From assembly GCA_016204805.1 (NCBI GenBank), contig JACQKA010000044.1, forward strand, positions 1-42,346: a stretch of DNA of 42,346 nt, read 5' to 3'. This document shows, one piece after another, positions 31,949 through 42,346 of this stretch. The notes below the pieces were generated by a model. The model saw nothing but the letters and a program-made list of their open reading frames with translations, ran no database searches and was not told where the DNA came from. The position numbers were made by a program, and so were the translations under genes. This stretch comes from Candidatus Kaiserbacteria bacterium (lineage in GTDB: Bacteria; Patescibacteriota; Minisyncoccia; Phycocordibacterales; UBA2100). Each line of letters opens with the position of its first letter. The stretch's first letter is position 1.

Positions 31949-32481
31949 CAAGAACCGACCCCAAAAATAATGGCGTAGCGAGGGCGCTTCCGCCCGAGCG
32001 AGACGCCGTCGCGGAGAACGAGGCATATCGGGATATGTCGAGTTCGAGCGACAAGTCGCAGCCGGGCGGAAGCGACCGCAGTAGCCAAGCACACACAGTG
32101 TCGAATAAAAATGCGATTATTTTTGGGGTCGGTTCGCGAACCCACACTATAAATGCATCAGGCAAGAAATTCGGACGCGTCGCATCGGAGGCTGCTAAAG
32201 CGCTCATGGGCAAAATGCGCACAGACTACACGCCGAACAAACCGTCGGGTGTCTTGGTCGAGATCACCAACGCAGGCAATTTGGACATCGCACCTATTAA
32301 GAAGAGCGATGTCATCTACAAACGCTATTCCGGCTATCCGGGCGGTCAGCGGGAGGAGTCACTTGGCGCGCTCCTGCCGCGCCGCGGAATCTCGATCGCA
32401 TTAAGGAAGACCATCGAGCGCATGTTGCCAAGGAATTCGATGCGCAAAGACCGTATGAAGCATCTTTCAATCAAAGAATAA
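31945..32481 (+). CDS. rplM: 50S ribosomal protein L13 with an unusual ~65-aa N-terminal extension
   Basis: The L13 core starts at THTINASGKKFGRVASEAAKALMGKMRTDYTP. There is no in-frame ATG/GTG/TTG just upstream of the core. The in-frame ATG candidates are 31945 (ATGA overlap with the rplQ stop) and 32035. Confidence 0.8.
   Translation: MTRTDPKNNGVARALPPERDAVAENEAYRDMSSSSDKSQPGGSDRSSQAHTVSNKNAIIFGVGSRTHTINASGKKFGRVASEAAKALMGKMRTDYTPNKPSGVLVEITNAGNLDIAPIKKSDVIYKRYSGYPGGQREESLGALLPRRGISIALRKTIERMLPRNSMRKDRMKHLSIKE
31952..32135. repeat. Long-stem element E5: 21-bp perfect outer stem plus 12-bp inner stem, lying inside the 5' extension of rplM
   Basis: gaaccgaccccaaaaataatg (31952-31972) pairs with cattatttttggggtcggttc (32115-32135). 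Inner stem cgcttccgcccg / cgggcggaagcg. Apex catatc-ggg-atatg. Confidence 0.85.
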
Positions 32482-32482
32482 T

Positions 32483-32881
32483 ATGGCTACGAAATCAGCT
32501 ACATACATAGAAGCCGTGGGCCGTCGCAAGATGGCGACCGCACGCGTGCGCATTATCCCGAGCAAGCAGGCAAAAATGACGGTGAACGATCAGACTGTTG
32601 CGGACTATTTTAAGACTATGGTGCTCCAGAGTGTTGCCCGCGCCGCGCTTGATGTAGCAGGGGAGAAATTAGAAGTTACCGCAAAAGTACGCGGCGGCGG
32701 CATGCAGGCCCAGGCGGAAGCAGTACGCCACGCGCTCGCGCGTGCCATCACGGAACGTACTCCTGAACTCCGCAAAGACCTCAAGCGCAAAGGGTTTCTC
32801 AAGCGTGATCCCCGCACCAAAGAACGCAAAAAATTCGGCCTCGTCGCTGCTCGAAGGGCGCCACAATGGTCGAAGCGCTAG
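32483..32881 (+). CDS. rpsI: 30S ribosomal protein S9
   Basis: GRRKMATARVRI..., VRGGGMQAQAEAVRHALARA, RDPRTKERKKFGLVAARRAPQWSKR. Confidence 0.95.
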   Translation: MATKSATYIEAVGRRKMATARVRIIPSKQAKMTVNDQTVADYFKTMVLQSVARAALDVAGEKLEVTAKVRGGGMQAQAEAVRHALARAITERTPELRKDLKRKGFLKRDPRTKERKKFGLVAARRAPQWSKR

Positions 32882-32887
32882 CGTAGA

Positions 32888-32988
32888 CCATTGTGGTGCA
32901 GAAGGGGGTCGGGGAAACTGGGTGTTTCCCCGTGTCGGAAGTTATTCGAAACCGAGGGTTTCGAAGGAGCGAAGCGACGCCACATTGG
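32888..32988 (+). other. Structured region after rpsI: imperfect closing stem around two 9-bp hairpins
   Basis: Closing stem ccattgtgg / ccacattgg (one mismatch). Hairpin cggggaaac-tgggt-gtttccccg. Hairpin ttcgaaacc-gag-ggtttcgaa. No T run. Confidence 0.5.
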
Positions 32989-33067
32989 AGTAAGCGTTGA
33001 TCTAAAAAAGACCGGACATGTTCGAGGGGGAGAACTCTTTTGATATCTATCGCATGGGACTCTAGCT

Positions 33068-33898
33068 GTGCTGGAAAAAAACCATATTTCGGATACAATT
33101 CCGCTGATGATAGCCACGACAACAGCGACCAGCACCGCAACAACTGCTACGGCGCACACGAGCGGTATTCACATTTCGCTCGTTGCGGAACGGATAGGGG
33201 ATTTCCTTGGGCTACCCATCACGAACACGCTTCTCATGAGCTGGGTAGTGGTTGCACTACTCACCATTCTCGGCGTGCACATAGGCCGTGGCGCGAAACT
33301 GGTGCCGAACCGCGTGCAGACACTTTTTGAAATGGGATTTGAGTATATATACGACTACATTGCAGAGACGCTAGAGAGCCGCGACATGGCGCGCACATTT
33401 TTCCCGCTTGTCGTCACCATCTTTCTTTTCATATTCACAGGGAACCTGCTTGAATTCATTCCGGGCGTTGGGAGTATCGGTTTTTTTGAGCCGAGCGGTG
33501 CATTCACACCGCTCCTGCGCAGTATGAACACCGATCTTAATATGACGCTCGCGCTCTCGATCATCGCTTTTGGTGTCATTGAAATTACGGGCATTCTTGC
33601 GATCGGCGTATGGAAATATGCGGGCAAATTCATCAACGTGCGAAGCGGTGTTCTCGGGTTCTTCATCGGGATTATTGATCTGGTGAGCGAACTCGCGCGG
33701 CTCATGTCTTTTTCATTCCGTCTCTTCGGCAACATATTTGCCGGCGAAGTGTTGATCACGGTCATCATATTTTTTGTGCCTTACATTGCACCGGTCCCGC
33801 TCATGCTCTTCGAGCTTTTCGTGAGTTTCATTCAAGCGGTTATTTTTGCATTGCTCACACTATTTTTTATAAAACTGGCTATTGCGGAGCCCCACTGA
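33068..33898 (+). CDS. atpB: F0F1 ATP synthase subunit a
   Basis: Multi-TM protein. C-terminal pattern SFSFRLFGNIFAGEVLI contains the conserved Arg. GTG 33068 or ATG 33107 could be the start. Thr/Ala-rich N-terminus. Confidence 0.9.
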   Translation: MLEKNHISDTIPLMIATTTATSTATTATAHTSGIHISLVAERIGDFLGLPITNTLLMSWVVVALLTILGVHIGRGAKLVPNRVQTLFEMGFEYIYDYIAETLESRDMARTFFPLVVTIFLFIFTGNLLEFIPGVGSIGFFEPSGAFTPLLRSMNTDLNMTLALSIIAFGVIEITGILAIGVWKYAGKFINVRSGVLGFFIGIIDLVSELARLMSFSFRLFGNIFAGEVLITVIIFFVPYIAPVPLMLFELFVSFIQAVIFALLTLFFIKLAIAEPH

Positions 33899-33911
33899 CA
33901 TGGTACAGTAG

Positions 33912-34178
<267 letters not shown>

Positions 34179-34193
34179 CGCTGATGTGTCACC

Positions 34194-34643
34194 ATGGACG
34201 GTCTCCTCTCCACATTCGGCATCAGCTGGAAACTGCTTCTCGCGCAGGGGTTCAATTTTGCCGTGGTGCTGGTGGTGCTCTGGAAATTTTTGTACCAGCC
34301 GGTGTTGAAGATGATCGATGAGCGGCGCAAGACGATCGCGAAGGGCGTCGAAGACGCGCAGGCGGCGGCGGAAAAACTCGCGCTCGCAGATGGCGAAGGG
34401 CAAGGAATAATCACCAAGGCGTCGCAAGCGGCGGAATCGATGTACGCGACGGCACGCACGCGTGCGGAAGAGAAAGGTTCGGCCATAATTGCAGAAGCAC
34501 AGAAGCGTGCGGATGCAGGCGTACAGGAAGCACGGATGCGCGCGTTTGCTGAAGCGAAAGAGATACGCGCAGCCAGCGAAAAAGAGATTGTTCATGCGGC
34601 GATCATGGCGGCAGAAAAGATCCTTCGCAATAAACAAACATAA
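34194..34643 (+). CDS. atpF: F0F1 ATP synthase subunit b
   Basis: N-terminal TM span, then a long charged Ala-rich helix (PVLKMIDERRKTIAKGVEDAQAA...). Confidence 0.85.
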   Translation: MDGLLSTFGISWKLLLAQGFNFAVVLVVLWKFLYQPVLKMIDERRKTIAKGVEDAQAAAEKLALADGEGQGIITKASQAAESMYATARTRAEEKGSAIIAEAQKRADAGVQEARMRAFAEAKEIRAASEKEIVHAAIMAAEKILRNKQT

Positions 34644-34645
34644 TT

Positions 34646-35035
34646 ATGAAAACCGAACACTTTGCAGATGCACTTATGGGTATGACCGCGCGCGGCACCA
34701 CAGCAAAAGAGGCCGTGCACACGCTGATGTCATATCTGGAGGCGCGCGGCATGAAAAATGCACTCAGCACATTGCCGGCTCTGCTTGAACGCAAGGCGAT
34801 GCGCGAGCGTCGACGTAATGAGGTCGTAATGGACGTCGTCCATCATCACAACGCGCCGCATGCAAAAAAAGAGGCGGCACAGTATTTGGTACCGCTCGGT
34901 GTTGATCCGCACGATGTGCACATTCGCGAGAACGATGACCTCATCGGCGGATGGCGGCTCACGGGAAAAGGAGTGCTCGTAGACAACAGTTTTAAAAAGC
35001 ACCTGCTCTCGCTGTATCGGCGCATAATTATCTGA
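34646..35035 (+). CDS. atpH: F0F1 ATP synthase subunit delta (short, 129 aa)
   Basis: Position between atpF and atpA. The C-terminal DLIGGWRLTGKGVLVDNSFKKHLLSL matches the OSCP/delta C-terminal pattern. Confidence 0.7.
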   Translation: MKTEHFADALMGMTARGTTAKEAVHTLMSYLEARGMKNALSTLPALLERKAMRERRRNEVVMDVVHHHNAPHAKKEAAQYLVPLGVDPHDVHIRENDDLIGGWRLTGKGVLVDNSFKKHLLSLYRRIII

Positions 35036-35125
35036 GTCGAACGGACCCTGTCCCGTTAGAAATATATAAGTAATGATGACATATATGAATGTGATATTGT
35101 ACGGTGATACATTTTTTCAAATCGT

Positions 35126-36697
35126 ATGACAGAATTTTCTAATGGGATGATCGAGAAAATCATAAAAGAGATCGAACACTTCGCACCGGTGGCGGAGGAA
35201 GAACACATCGGCCGCATCACCGCGGTGGGCGATGGCGTTGTTTCGATCGAAGGACTCGACCGCGCGATCATGTCCGAAGTCATTTCTTTTGACCAGACCG
35301 AAGGCAAGAAACTTAAAGACGCTCTCGAATCACAGGATGTATTGTATGGGCTCATTTTGAATCTTGAGGAGGATGGCGTGAAAGCGGTCGTTCTGGGTGA
35401 CACTGCGCGCTTGCGCGAAGGCATGCTGGTCAAATCGACCGGCCGCGTGCTTTCAATTCCCGTGGGCGACAAGATTATCGGTCGCGTCGTGGACCCGCTC
35501 GGCGATCCTATCGACGGATTGGGTGCCGTTCCCGGTACCGAATACCGTCCGATCGAGCGCGAGGCGTACAGCGTCATCGAACGCAAATCGGTGTCGACAC
35601 CGCTTCAGACCGGCATCAAAGCAATTGATTCCATGATTCCGATCGGCCGTGGCCAGCGCGAACTCATCATTGGCGACCGCTTCACCGGGAAGACCACCAT
35701 TGCTATTGACACCATCATCGCGCAAAAACACGAACCGAAAGAAACTCGTCCTATCTGCATCTATGTTGCAATCGGTCAGAAGGAATCCAAGACCGCGCGC
35801 ATCATGGCTGAATTGCGTGAAGCGGGCGCGATGGAATATACCATCGTGGTGGATGCTCCGGCGTCAGCGCCTGCGGCACTACAATTCCTCGCACCGTTCG
35901 CGGGCGCGACCATCGGTGAATATTTTATGGACAAAGGCCGCGACGCGCTCGTCATCTATGACGACCTCTCGAAACAGGCCGTTGCATATCGTCAGCTCTC
36001 GCTTCTCTTGCGCCGCCCGCCAGGGCGCGAAGCGTATCCGGGTGACATTTTCTATCTGCACTCGCGACTGCTTGAGCGTGCGGCCAAACTTTCCGATGCG
36101 AAAGGCGGCGGCTCGTTGACCGCGCTTCCCATTATCGAAACGCAGGAGGGTGATGTGTCAGCGTACATTCCGACGAACGTAATCTCGATCACCGACGGGC
36201 AGATCTATCTTGATGCAGGGCTTTTCAACAAAGGAGTGCGTCCCGCGATCGACGTCGGTATTTCTGTCTCTCGTGTCGGTTCTGCCGCGCAGACCAAAGC
36301 CATGAAAAGTGTTGCCGGTACACTACGTCTCTCGCTTGCGCAGTTCCGCGAATTGGAAGCGTTCGTGCAATTCGCGCAAGACTTGGATCCCGAAACGGCA
36401 AAGCGCATCGATGATGGCCGCCGCATGGTGGAAGTCTTGAAGCAGGGCAGGGGGTCGCCGATGCCGTTCGAAGATCAGGTGGTCGTGCTGTATGCTGCGA
36501 CGAACGGATACTTGAACACCGTGCCGATTCCGCGCCTGCGCGAAGCGGAAAAGAAGCTACTTGAATACTTCGATGCACAGCACAAAAAAATCATGGACAC
36601 CATCCGCACAGACAAAGCCATCAACGATGGTGCAAAAGATCTCTTGAACAAAGCGCTCGAACAATTCATGCAAACACATCCTGATTTGAGCAAATAA
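35126..36697 (+). CDS. atpA: F0F1 ATP synthase subunit alpha
   Basis: [15 protein letters not shown] Walker [42 protein letters not shown]. Confidence 0.95.
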   Translation: MTEFSNGMIEKIIKEIEHFAPVAEEEHIGRITAVGDGVVSIEGLDRAIMSEVISFDQTEGKKLKDALESQDVLYGLILNLEEDGVKAVVLGDTARLREGMLVKSTGRVLSIPVGDKIIGRVVDPLGDPIDGLGAVPGTEYRPIEREAYSVIERKSVSTPLQTGIKAIDSMIPIGRGQRELIIGDRFTGKTTIAIDTIIAQKHEPKETRPICIYVAIGQKESKTARIMAELREAGAMEYTIVVDAPASAPAALQFLAPFAGATIGEYFMDKGRDALVIYDDLSKQAVAYRQLSLLLRRPPGREAYPGDIFYLHSRLLERAAKLSDAKGGGSLTALPIIETQEGDVSAYIPTNVISITDGQIYLDAGLFNKGVRPAIDVGISVSRVGSAAQTKAMKSVAGTLRLSLAQFRELEAFVQFAQDLDPETAKRIDDGRRMVEVLKQGRGSPMPFEDQVVVLYAATNGYLNTVPIPRLREAEKKLLEYFDAQHKKIMDTIRTDKAINDGAKDLLNKALEQFMQTHPDLSK

Positions 36698-36702
36698 AGC
36701 TT

Positions 36703-37614
36703 ATGGCTGGACTTAAAAACATAAAATTGAAGATATCGTCCGTCGGCAAGACGCGGAAAGTCACGCGCGCGATGGAGGCGGTTTCGGCTGTGAAGATGCG
36801 CAAGACACAGGAGCGCGCTCTTTTGGGACGCCCGTACGCAACGGCCGCGATTTCTATACTGCACTCTCTTGCTGGTGGCATCGATGCGGCGAATCATCCG
36901 CTGATGCAGAAACGCGATGGCAAAGCCGCGCTCATCGTGATCACCAGCGACAAGGGGCTCGCGGGTAGTTTGAACAGCAACGTGCTTCGTGCCGCTGAGG
37001 AGGTGATAAAAGAGCACCATTTGAATAAGAACGAAATTGTTATCTATGCCATCGGCCGCCGCGGTGCGGATTATTTTGCGAACCGTGGATACGATGTTCG
37101 CGAGCGTCATGAAAATGTCGCAGACGATGTACCGGTTGCGGAATTGCGTACGGCTACGGATGCGATACTCGCATGGCACAACGCAGGCGAGATCGGCCGC
37201 TGCTACATCGTGTACACGAATTTTCTCTCGACGTTTGAACAGAAGCCCATTGTGCGCCGCGTGATCCCGCTCGCGCCGGTCGCTCTTAAAGAGATGGTCG
37301 AAGGCATTCCGCCGGTCAAAGGCAAATATTCAAATGGAAAGATTATCGACAAGACTCCTATCTATACGATCGAGCCGAACGCGGAAGAAGTATTCAATGT
37401 ACTTTTGCCGGACTTGATCCATATCATCGTGTTCCATGCACTGCTCGAAGCGAAAGCATCCGAACATTCAGCGCGTATGGTCGCGATGAAAAACGCGACG
37501 GATAAGGCGCGGGACGTGGGCAAGATGCTCACGCTCAAGTACAATAAAGCACGCCAAGCCGCCATCACTCGCGAGGTCAGCGAGATAACCAGTGGCATCG
37601 AGGCGATGAGGTGA
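36703..37614 (+). CDS. atpG: F0F1 ATP synthase subunit gamma
   Basis: MAGLKNIKLKISSVGKTRKVTRAMEAVSAVKMRK... and the C-terminal ARQAAITREVSEITSG. Confidence 0.9.
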   Translation: MAGLKNIKLKISSVGKTRKVTRAMEAVSAVKMRKTQERALLGRPYATAAISILHSLAGGIDAANHPLMQKRDGKAALIVITSDKGLAGSLNSNVLRAAEEVIKEHHLNKNEIVIYAIGRRGADYFANRGYDVRERHENVADDVPVAELRTATDAILAWHNAGEIGRCYIVYTNFLSTFEQKPIVRRVIPLAPVALKEMVEGIPPVKGKYSNGKIIDKTPIYTIEPNAEEVFNVLLPDLIHIIVFHALLEAKASEHSARMVAMKNATDKARDVGKMLTLKYNKARQAAITREVSEITSGIEAMR

Positions 37615-37636
37615 TTTAATAATTTAGCTAAATTTT

Positions 37637-37981
37637 ATGACAGAATTTGTACCACAAAAGCGAGGAGGGAAGCAATATGCTGAAGTTTTGCGAGAAATGG
37701 AAAATTTACCGTCCATTCTTATGAGGATGTTAATAAGTGAGGGCATGGAGCAAGGTGAAGTTGCAGAAGAGGTAAGGAGAGAAGTCAATAACACACTCGA
37801 TAACTTCAAGATCAAGTTGAGAGAGCTTGATCAAAATAAATCCGCAGATCAGGAGGCGTTTCGAATTATTACGAATAATTTAGTAAGTGATATCTTGAGC
37901 TTTGGCGGGGTGCCTCATGCAAAAGTCGATCAAATCGTACGAAAGGCCATTAGAGAATGTTTTGCGCTTGACGAAAAATAA
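37637..37981 (+). CDS. Hypothetical protein (114 aa) inside the atp operon
   Basis: ORF with helical, charged composition. No family recognised. Its first 12 nt (ATGACAGAATTT, MTEF) are identical to the atpA start. Confidence 0.45.
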   Translation: MTEFVPQKRGGKQYAEVLREMENLPSILMRMLISEGMEQGEVAEEVRREVNNTLDNFKIKLRELDQNKSADQEAFRIITNNLVSDILSFGGVPHAKVDQIVRKAIRECFALDEK

Positions 37982-37987
37982 CAAAAC

Positions 37988-38038
37988 ATGAAAGGCACTA
38001 TCACACAAATAGTCGGACCGGTTGTGGATGCAAAATGA
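37988..38038 (+). pseudogene. Relic copy of the atpD 5' end (16 codons plus stop)
   Basis: [14 protein letters not shown] is identical to the atpD N-terminus. There are 5 differences in 42 nt, all synonymous third positions. The copy then diverges (AK) and stops at TGA. Confidence 0.75.
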
Positions 38039-38050
38039 ACGGGATATAAT
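38022..38050 (+). promoter_or_regulatory. Promoter TTGTGG-17-TATAAT, -10 box 6 nt before ATG 38057
   Basis: The -35 lies inside the atpD relic. tataat-gtgttt-ATG. Confidence 0.5.
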
Positions 38051-38056
38051 GTGTTT

Positions 38057-39717
<1,661 letters not shown>

Positions 39718-39741
39718 AGGTTAAACCTTTATAATTTCGAT

Positions 39742-39984
39742 ATGAGTACATTTCACCTGACAATCGCATCCATAGGCGAGACGAAATTCGACGGTGACGC
39801 GCAGTCGGCGATTTTTCCCGGATCAGACGGTGAATTTACCGTACTCGCGCACCACGAACCGCTTGTCTCGACCCTGAAGCCGGGTCACGTGCATGTTCGC
39901 GATGCTGCCGGCGTACAGCATGCGTTTAACATAACCACAGGGGTTGTGGAAGTCTCGGCCAATCACGCGATAGTACTGATATAG
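39742..39984 (+). CDS. atpC: F0F1 ATP synthase subunit epsilon (80 aa, beta-sandwich only)
   Basis: LTIASIGETKFDGDAQSAIFPGSDGEFTVLAHHEPLVSTLKPG. Lacks the C-terminal helical hairpin. Confidence 0.8.
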   Translation: MSTFHLTIASIGETKFDGDAQSAIFPGSDGEFTVLAHHEPLVSTLKPGHVHVRDAAGVQHAFNITTGVVEVSANHAIVLI

Positions 39985-39985
39985 T
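39977..39985 (+). promoter_or_regulatory. Extended -10 box TGaTATAGT, 6 nt before ATG 39992
   Basis: tgatatagt-agatgg-ATG. Lies within the atpC 3' end. Confidence 0.4.
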
Positions 39986-39991
39986 AGATGG

Positions 39992-41845
39992 ATGCGAGCG
40001 ATCAGCCTCGTTCTTTTTGCGGTGCTTTTTGCGCCGTTCCTAACGCATGCTGAGACTTCGGCAGAATGTAAGAAATACATTACGGATGTTCAGCGTGAAC
40101 ATCCGCAGGATCAGCAATCACAGGCACCGAATACTGCGATACAAAAAATCCCGCCCAACACTCCACCCGACAAGGCTCCGAAATTGGGCCACAAAGAAAC
40201 CAACGATCAGGTCATTGTGAACGCCGATGGCAGCATCATGGTGATATCCAGTTGTGGCGAAAAAGGAACAATCGGCACCATATCGGTGTGTACATTCGAT
40301 AAAGATAGCAAACAAACCTGTGGTGTGAAGATCCCTAAAACGAAAGAAGATGTCGTCGCGTCTGTTGCAAGTGCGCTTCAGCAGGGTAGTGGACAGACGG
40401 TACAGCAGTCGCTGAAAGCCTTGGCGGAAGCGGCTAAAAATCAACCGGCACCCACCGGCTCACTACCGTCACTGAACAGAAGACAGGTGCTCGATGCCTT
40501 CAAAAAGGCGGGCGTTTCCAATCCTGAGGCAGCATTACGCCAGCTGAAAGACATGGGTTACTCAAAGGAAGCGGAACAGTTGCTTGCGGCTGCTGCCGCA
40601 GGGGATGAGCAGAAAGTACGGAATATCCTACGGCCGCTCGAGCAATATAGGAGCTATTGGCCGGAAGATATGCGCACATTCAGTACGAATGCATTCTTGG
40701 ATGCACTTGACGAAAAACGGAAATCGGCGCAGGCCGCTTTGGTCACTCCTGATTATTTTTCCGCCATGAGAGAGATACCTGTCGCAGAGGCGACCGGTTT
40801 CGGCGATATTGAAACCGGATCACTGGGACAGCGTGCGCCATCTATGGTGGCGCACTTGAGTTCACAGCCGATACCTGTGGGCGCGGGTGGCCGCGTTGAC
40901 CCAGTGTCTTTCTACGCACATGCGGTTCAGGCGGCAAAAGACGCGGGGCTTGATGGATATGTTGACCCCCGTCTCCATAGTCTTGGCCTTCTCAACACAG
41001 GATCGGCCGAAGAGTGGGGACGACTGTATACCATGATGGCAAAGCAAGAATCTGATTTTAACATCAACTCTTCCGCACCCAGCGAATGCTCCTACGGCAT
41101 CCTACAGTTTTGCCCGAATGACAACCGATATGGCCTGTATTCAATGCAGGATGTGCGGGATCCACAGTCGTCGCTTAATGCTCTGGTAAGCGTCACACAG
41201 CAAGGAAAACTCTTTCAATATTTCGGGCCGATCAAACGCGGTGGAAGTGAAGTCGCTAAGCATGCGGCATGGTTTGACCAGACAGTCGCTCCGCAAGTCA
41301 ACGGCGAGGTCCCTTATTCACCTGTCACGAACGTGGTGGGGGGAAGCTACTGGTCCGGTGTTTCTTCACGCGGTAGCGAAGTGTGGTCGAGTCCCGGTTA
41401 TTACAGCTCATACAGCGGCAATTCGGGCAGTTCATTCACACCGCTATCCAGTTTGTTTTCGAGCCTCGGTGGCGGATCGCTATACATGGCACCGAGCACG
41501 AATGTCGCTCCGCCTGCGCCCCCGCAGCAACTGAGCGCGCCTCCCATCACACCACAGCAGACGGCGATTATCAATCCGGTCATAGCATTTTCTGGTACGA
41601 AAGAAATAGACAAAGGCGACTCGCTCTTGGTTGCATGGGCGGCGACGGGAGTTTCCGCAACACAGCCCTGCCGGCTCGTAGAGGATGGGGAAGTAGTCGC
41701 GGGGGGTAATAGCGGCACATATTTCGTACCGATAAGCGCTGTGTATCCTGACGATTCCATCGTATTTACGCTCGAATGCACGCCGGCTGATTCACGAGCG
41801 AACTTAAGCGAAGCTAAAAAAGAGCTGAAAGTTTTGGTACGATAG
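39992..41845 (+). CDS. Secreted protein with a lytic transglycosylase (SLT-like) domain
   Basis: Signal peptide MRAISLVLFAVLFAPFLTHA. MMAKQESDFNINSSAPSECSYGILQF matches the ES-x-F...GxxQ catalytic pattern. Ser/Pro-rich linker followed by a C-terminal beta-rich domain. Confidence 0.65.
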   Translation: MRAISLVLFAVLFAPFLTHAETSAECKKYITDVQREHPQDQQSQAPNTAIQKIPPNTPPDKAPKLGHKETNDQVIVNADGSIMVISSCGEKGTIGTISVCTFDKDSKQTCGVKIPKTKEDVVASVASALQQGSGQTVQQSLKALAEAAKNQPAPTGSLPSLNRRQVLDAFKKAGVSNPEAALRQLKDMGYSKEAEQLLAAAAAGDEQKVRNILRPLEQYRSYWPEDMRTFSTNAFLDALDEKRKSAQAALVTPDYFSAMREIPVAEATGFGDIETGSLGQRAPSMVAHLSSQPIPVGAGGRVDPVSFYAHAVQAAKDAGLDGYVDPRLHSLGLLNTGSAEEWGRLYTMMAKQESDFNINSSAPSECSYGILQFCPNDNRYGLYSMQDVRDPQSSLNALVSVTQQGKLFQYFGPIKRGGSEVAKHAAWFDQTVAPQVNGEVPYSPVTNVVGGSYWSGVSSRGSEVWSSPGYYSSYSGNSGSSFTPLSSLFSSLGGGSLYMAPSTNVAPPAPPQQLSAPPITPQQTAIINPVIAFSGTKEIDKGDSLLVAWAATGVSATQPCRLVEDGEVVAGGNSGTYFVPISAVYPDDSIVFTLECTPADSRANLSEAKKELKVLVR

Positions 41846-41859
41846 TGTAAGGTACAGCC

Positions 41860-42141
41860 ATGACCTTTCAGAAACGTATCGAAGATTTTATATGTGAACA
41901 TTGCGGTGCACATGTGAAAGGTGATGGCTACACCAACCACTGTCCGAAATGTCTCTGGAGCAAACACGTGGATGTAGACCCGGGTGACCGTGCCGCGGAG
42001 TGTGGCGGCATGATGGAGCCGATATCGTGCGTGCGCGAAGGCGACAACTGGATGCTTTCTCAGAAATGCATTGTCTGTGGCCATACAAGAAGGAACACGT
42101 TACATGCCGACGATAATTTCGATGCCGCAACAAAACTCTGA
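41860..42141 (+). CDS. RNHCP domain-containing protein
   Basis: FICEHCGAHVKGDGYTNHCPKCLWSKHVDVDPGDRAAECGGMMEP matches the RNHCP zinc-ribbon pattern. Confidence 0.7.
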   Translation: MTFQKRIEDFICEHCGAHVKGDGYTNHCPKCLWSKHVDVDPGDRAAECGGMMEPISCVREGDNWMLSQKCIVCGHTRRNTLHADDNFDAATKL

Positions 42142-42174
42142 CCTCAATATCAAGGTGACACCTTGATATTGAGG
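42142..42174. terminator. 33-nt perfect palindrome between convergent genes (bidirectional hairpin)
   Basis: cctcaatatcaaggtg-a-caccttgatattgagg. Shares its core with the palindrome at 6540-6560. Confidence 0.6.
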
Positions 42175-42191
42175 GTGCGGGAGCGGAGCGA

Positions 42192-42346
42192 TTAGTTTTT
42201 CTCGGTTGCAACGATCTTGCCGTCATCGATCTGTACCACACGCTCGGCAAGCTTTTGATATTCTTCCTCGTGGGTAACCATGATGATGGTGTGACCCTCG
42301 GCGTGGAGGTCGCGTAAGAGGGCCATGACGCGCGACTCGTTGTGCT
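42192..42346 (-). CDS. ABC transporter ATP-binding protein, C-terminal end (partial, runs off the right window edge)
   Basis: My own translation of the minus strand: HNESRVMALLRDLHAEGHTIIMVTHEEEYQKLAERVVQIDDGKIVATEKN*. This is the typical H-loop/C-terminal pattern of MacB/LolD-type ATPases. Confidence 0.75.
   Translation of the reverse strand, partial: HNESRVMALLRDLHAEGHTIIMVTHEEEYQKLAERVVQIDDGKIVATEKN

Noticed and set aside
2017-32135. Interpreting the long-stem elements as integron attC sites or as one MITE family
   Set aside because: There is no integrase, and the flanking genes are core ribosomal genes. The stems are perfect, whereas attC sites carry extrahelical bases and R/L box consensus. 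The arms share no sequence with one another, so they are not copies of a single transposable element within this window.
31414-32222. Minus-strand ORFs (243 aa, 177 aa, 111 aa) spanning the rpoA end, rplQ and the rplM 5' region
   Set aside because: They are antisense to ribosomal protein genes. Part of their openness follows from the palindromic nature of element E5. There are no translation signals.
41401-42084. 227-aa antisense ORF across the SLT-protein and RNHCP genes
   Set aside because: It spans two well-formed sense genes and their spacer, and has no motifs.

Overview
The window reads as a chromosomal segment of a small-genome bacterium that uses the standard genetic code. From gene content alone it is tentatively Patescibacteria/CPR-like: short AlaRS, short ATP synthase epsilon and delta subunits, and a protein combining sigma-70 region 4 with a HARE-HTH domain.

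Contents from left to right:
- a truncated ABC ATPase remnant
- a KGG-type small stress protein
- tRNA-Arg(CCG) and tRNA-Ala(GGC)
- a LAGLIDADG-like endonuclease gene next to a tRNA-like 3' fragment
- a solitary rplU
- a complete four-gene homogentisate pathway (maiA, hppD, FAH-family hydrolase, hmgA)
- recR and dnaB
- a REP-flanked RAYT (IS200-like Y1 transposase)
- mltG, mnmA, an ATP-cone/Mrr-like nuclease, mgtC, a Cas4-like PD-(D/E)XK nuclease, an MGMT-family protein, pepF, a SulP permease and alaS
- two conserved hypothetical proteins
- the infA-rpmJ-rpsM-rpsK-rpsD-rpoA-rplQ-rplM-rpsI block
- the F1Fo operon atpBEFHAG-(insertion)-DC
- a secreted SLT-domain protein, an RNHCP protein and a partial ABC ATPase

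I saw no rRNA, no CRISPR array, no reverse transcriptase and no integrase.

Main unexplained signals:
1. A series of long perfect stems (14-24 bp) enclose 50-140 nt in the spacers in front of translation genes (rplU, rpmJ, rpsM, rpsK, rplM, mnmA). Two of them are followed by a duplicated leader of about 50 nt. One lies in frame inside the 5' end of rplM.
2. An AT-rich two-ORF insertion splits atpG from atpD and carries a relic copy of the atpD start.
3. A TGnTAnnnT box recurs exactly 6-7 nt upstream of many ATG starts, which implies widespread leaderless mRNAs.

All functional calls come from reading the translations. No database search was run.
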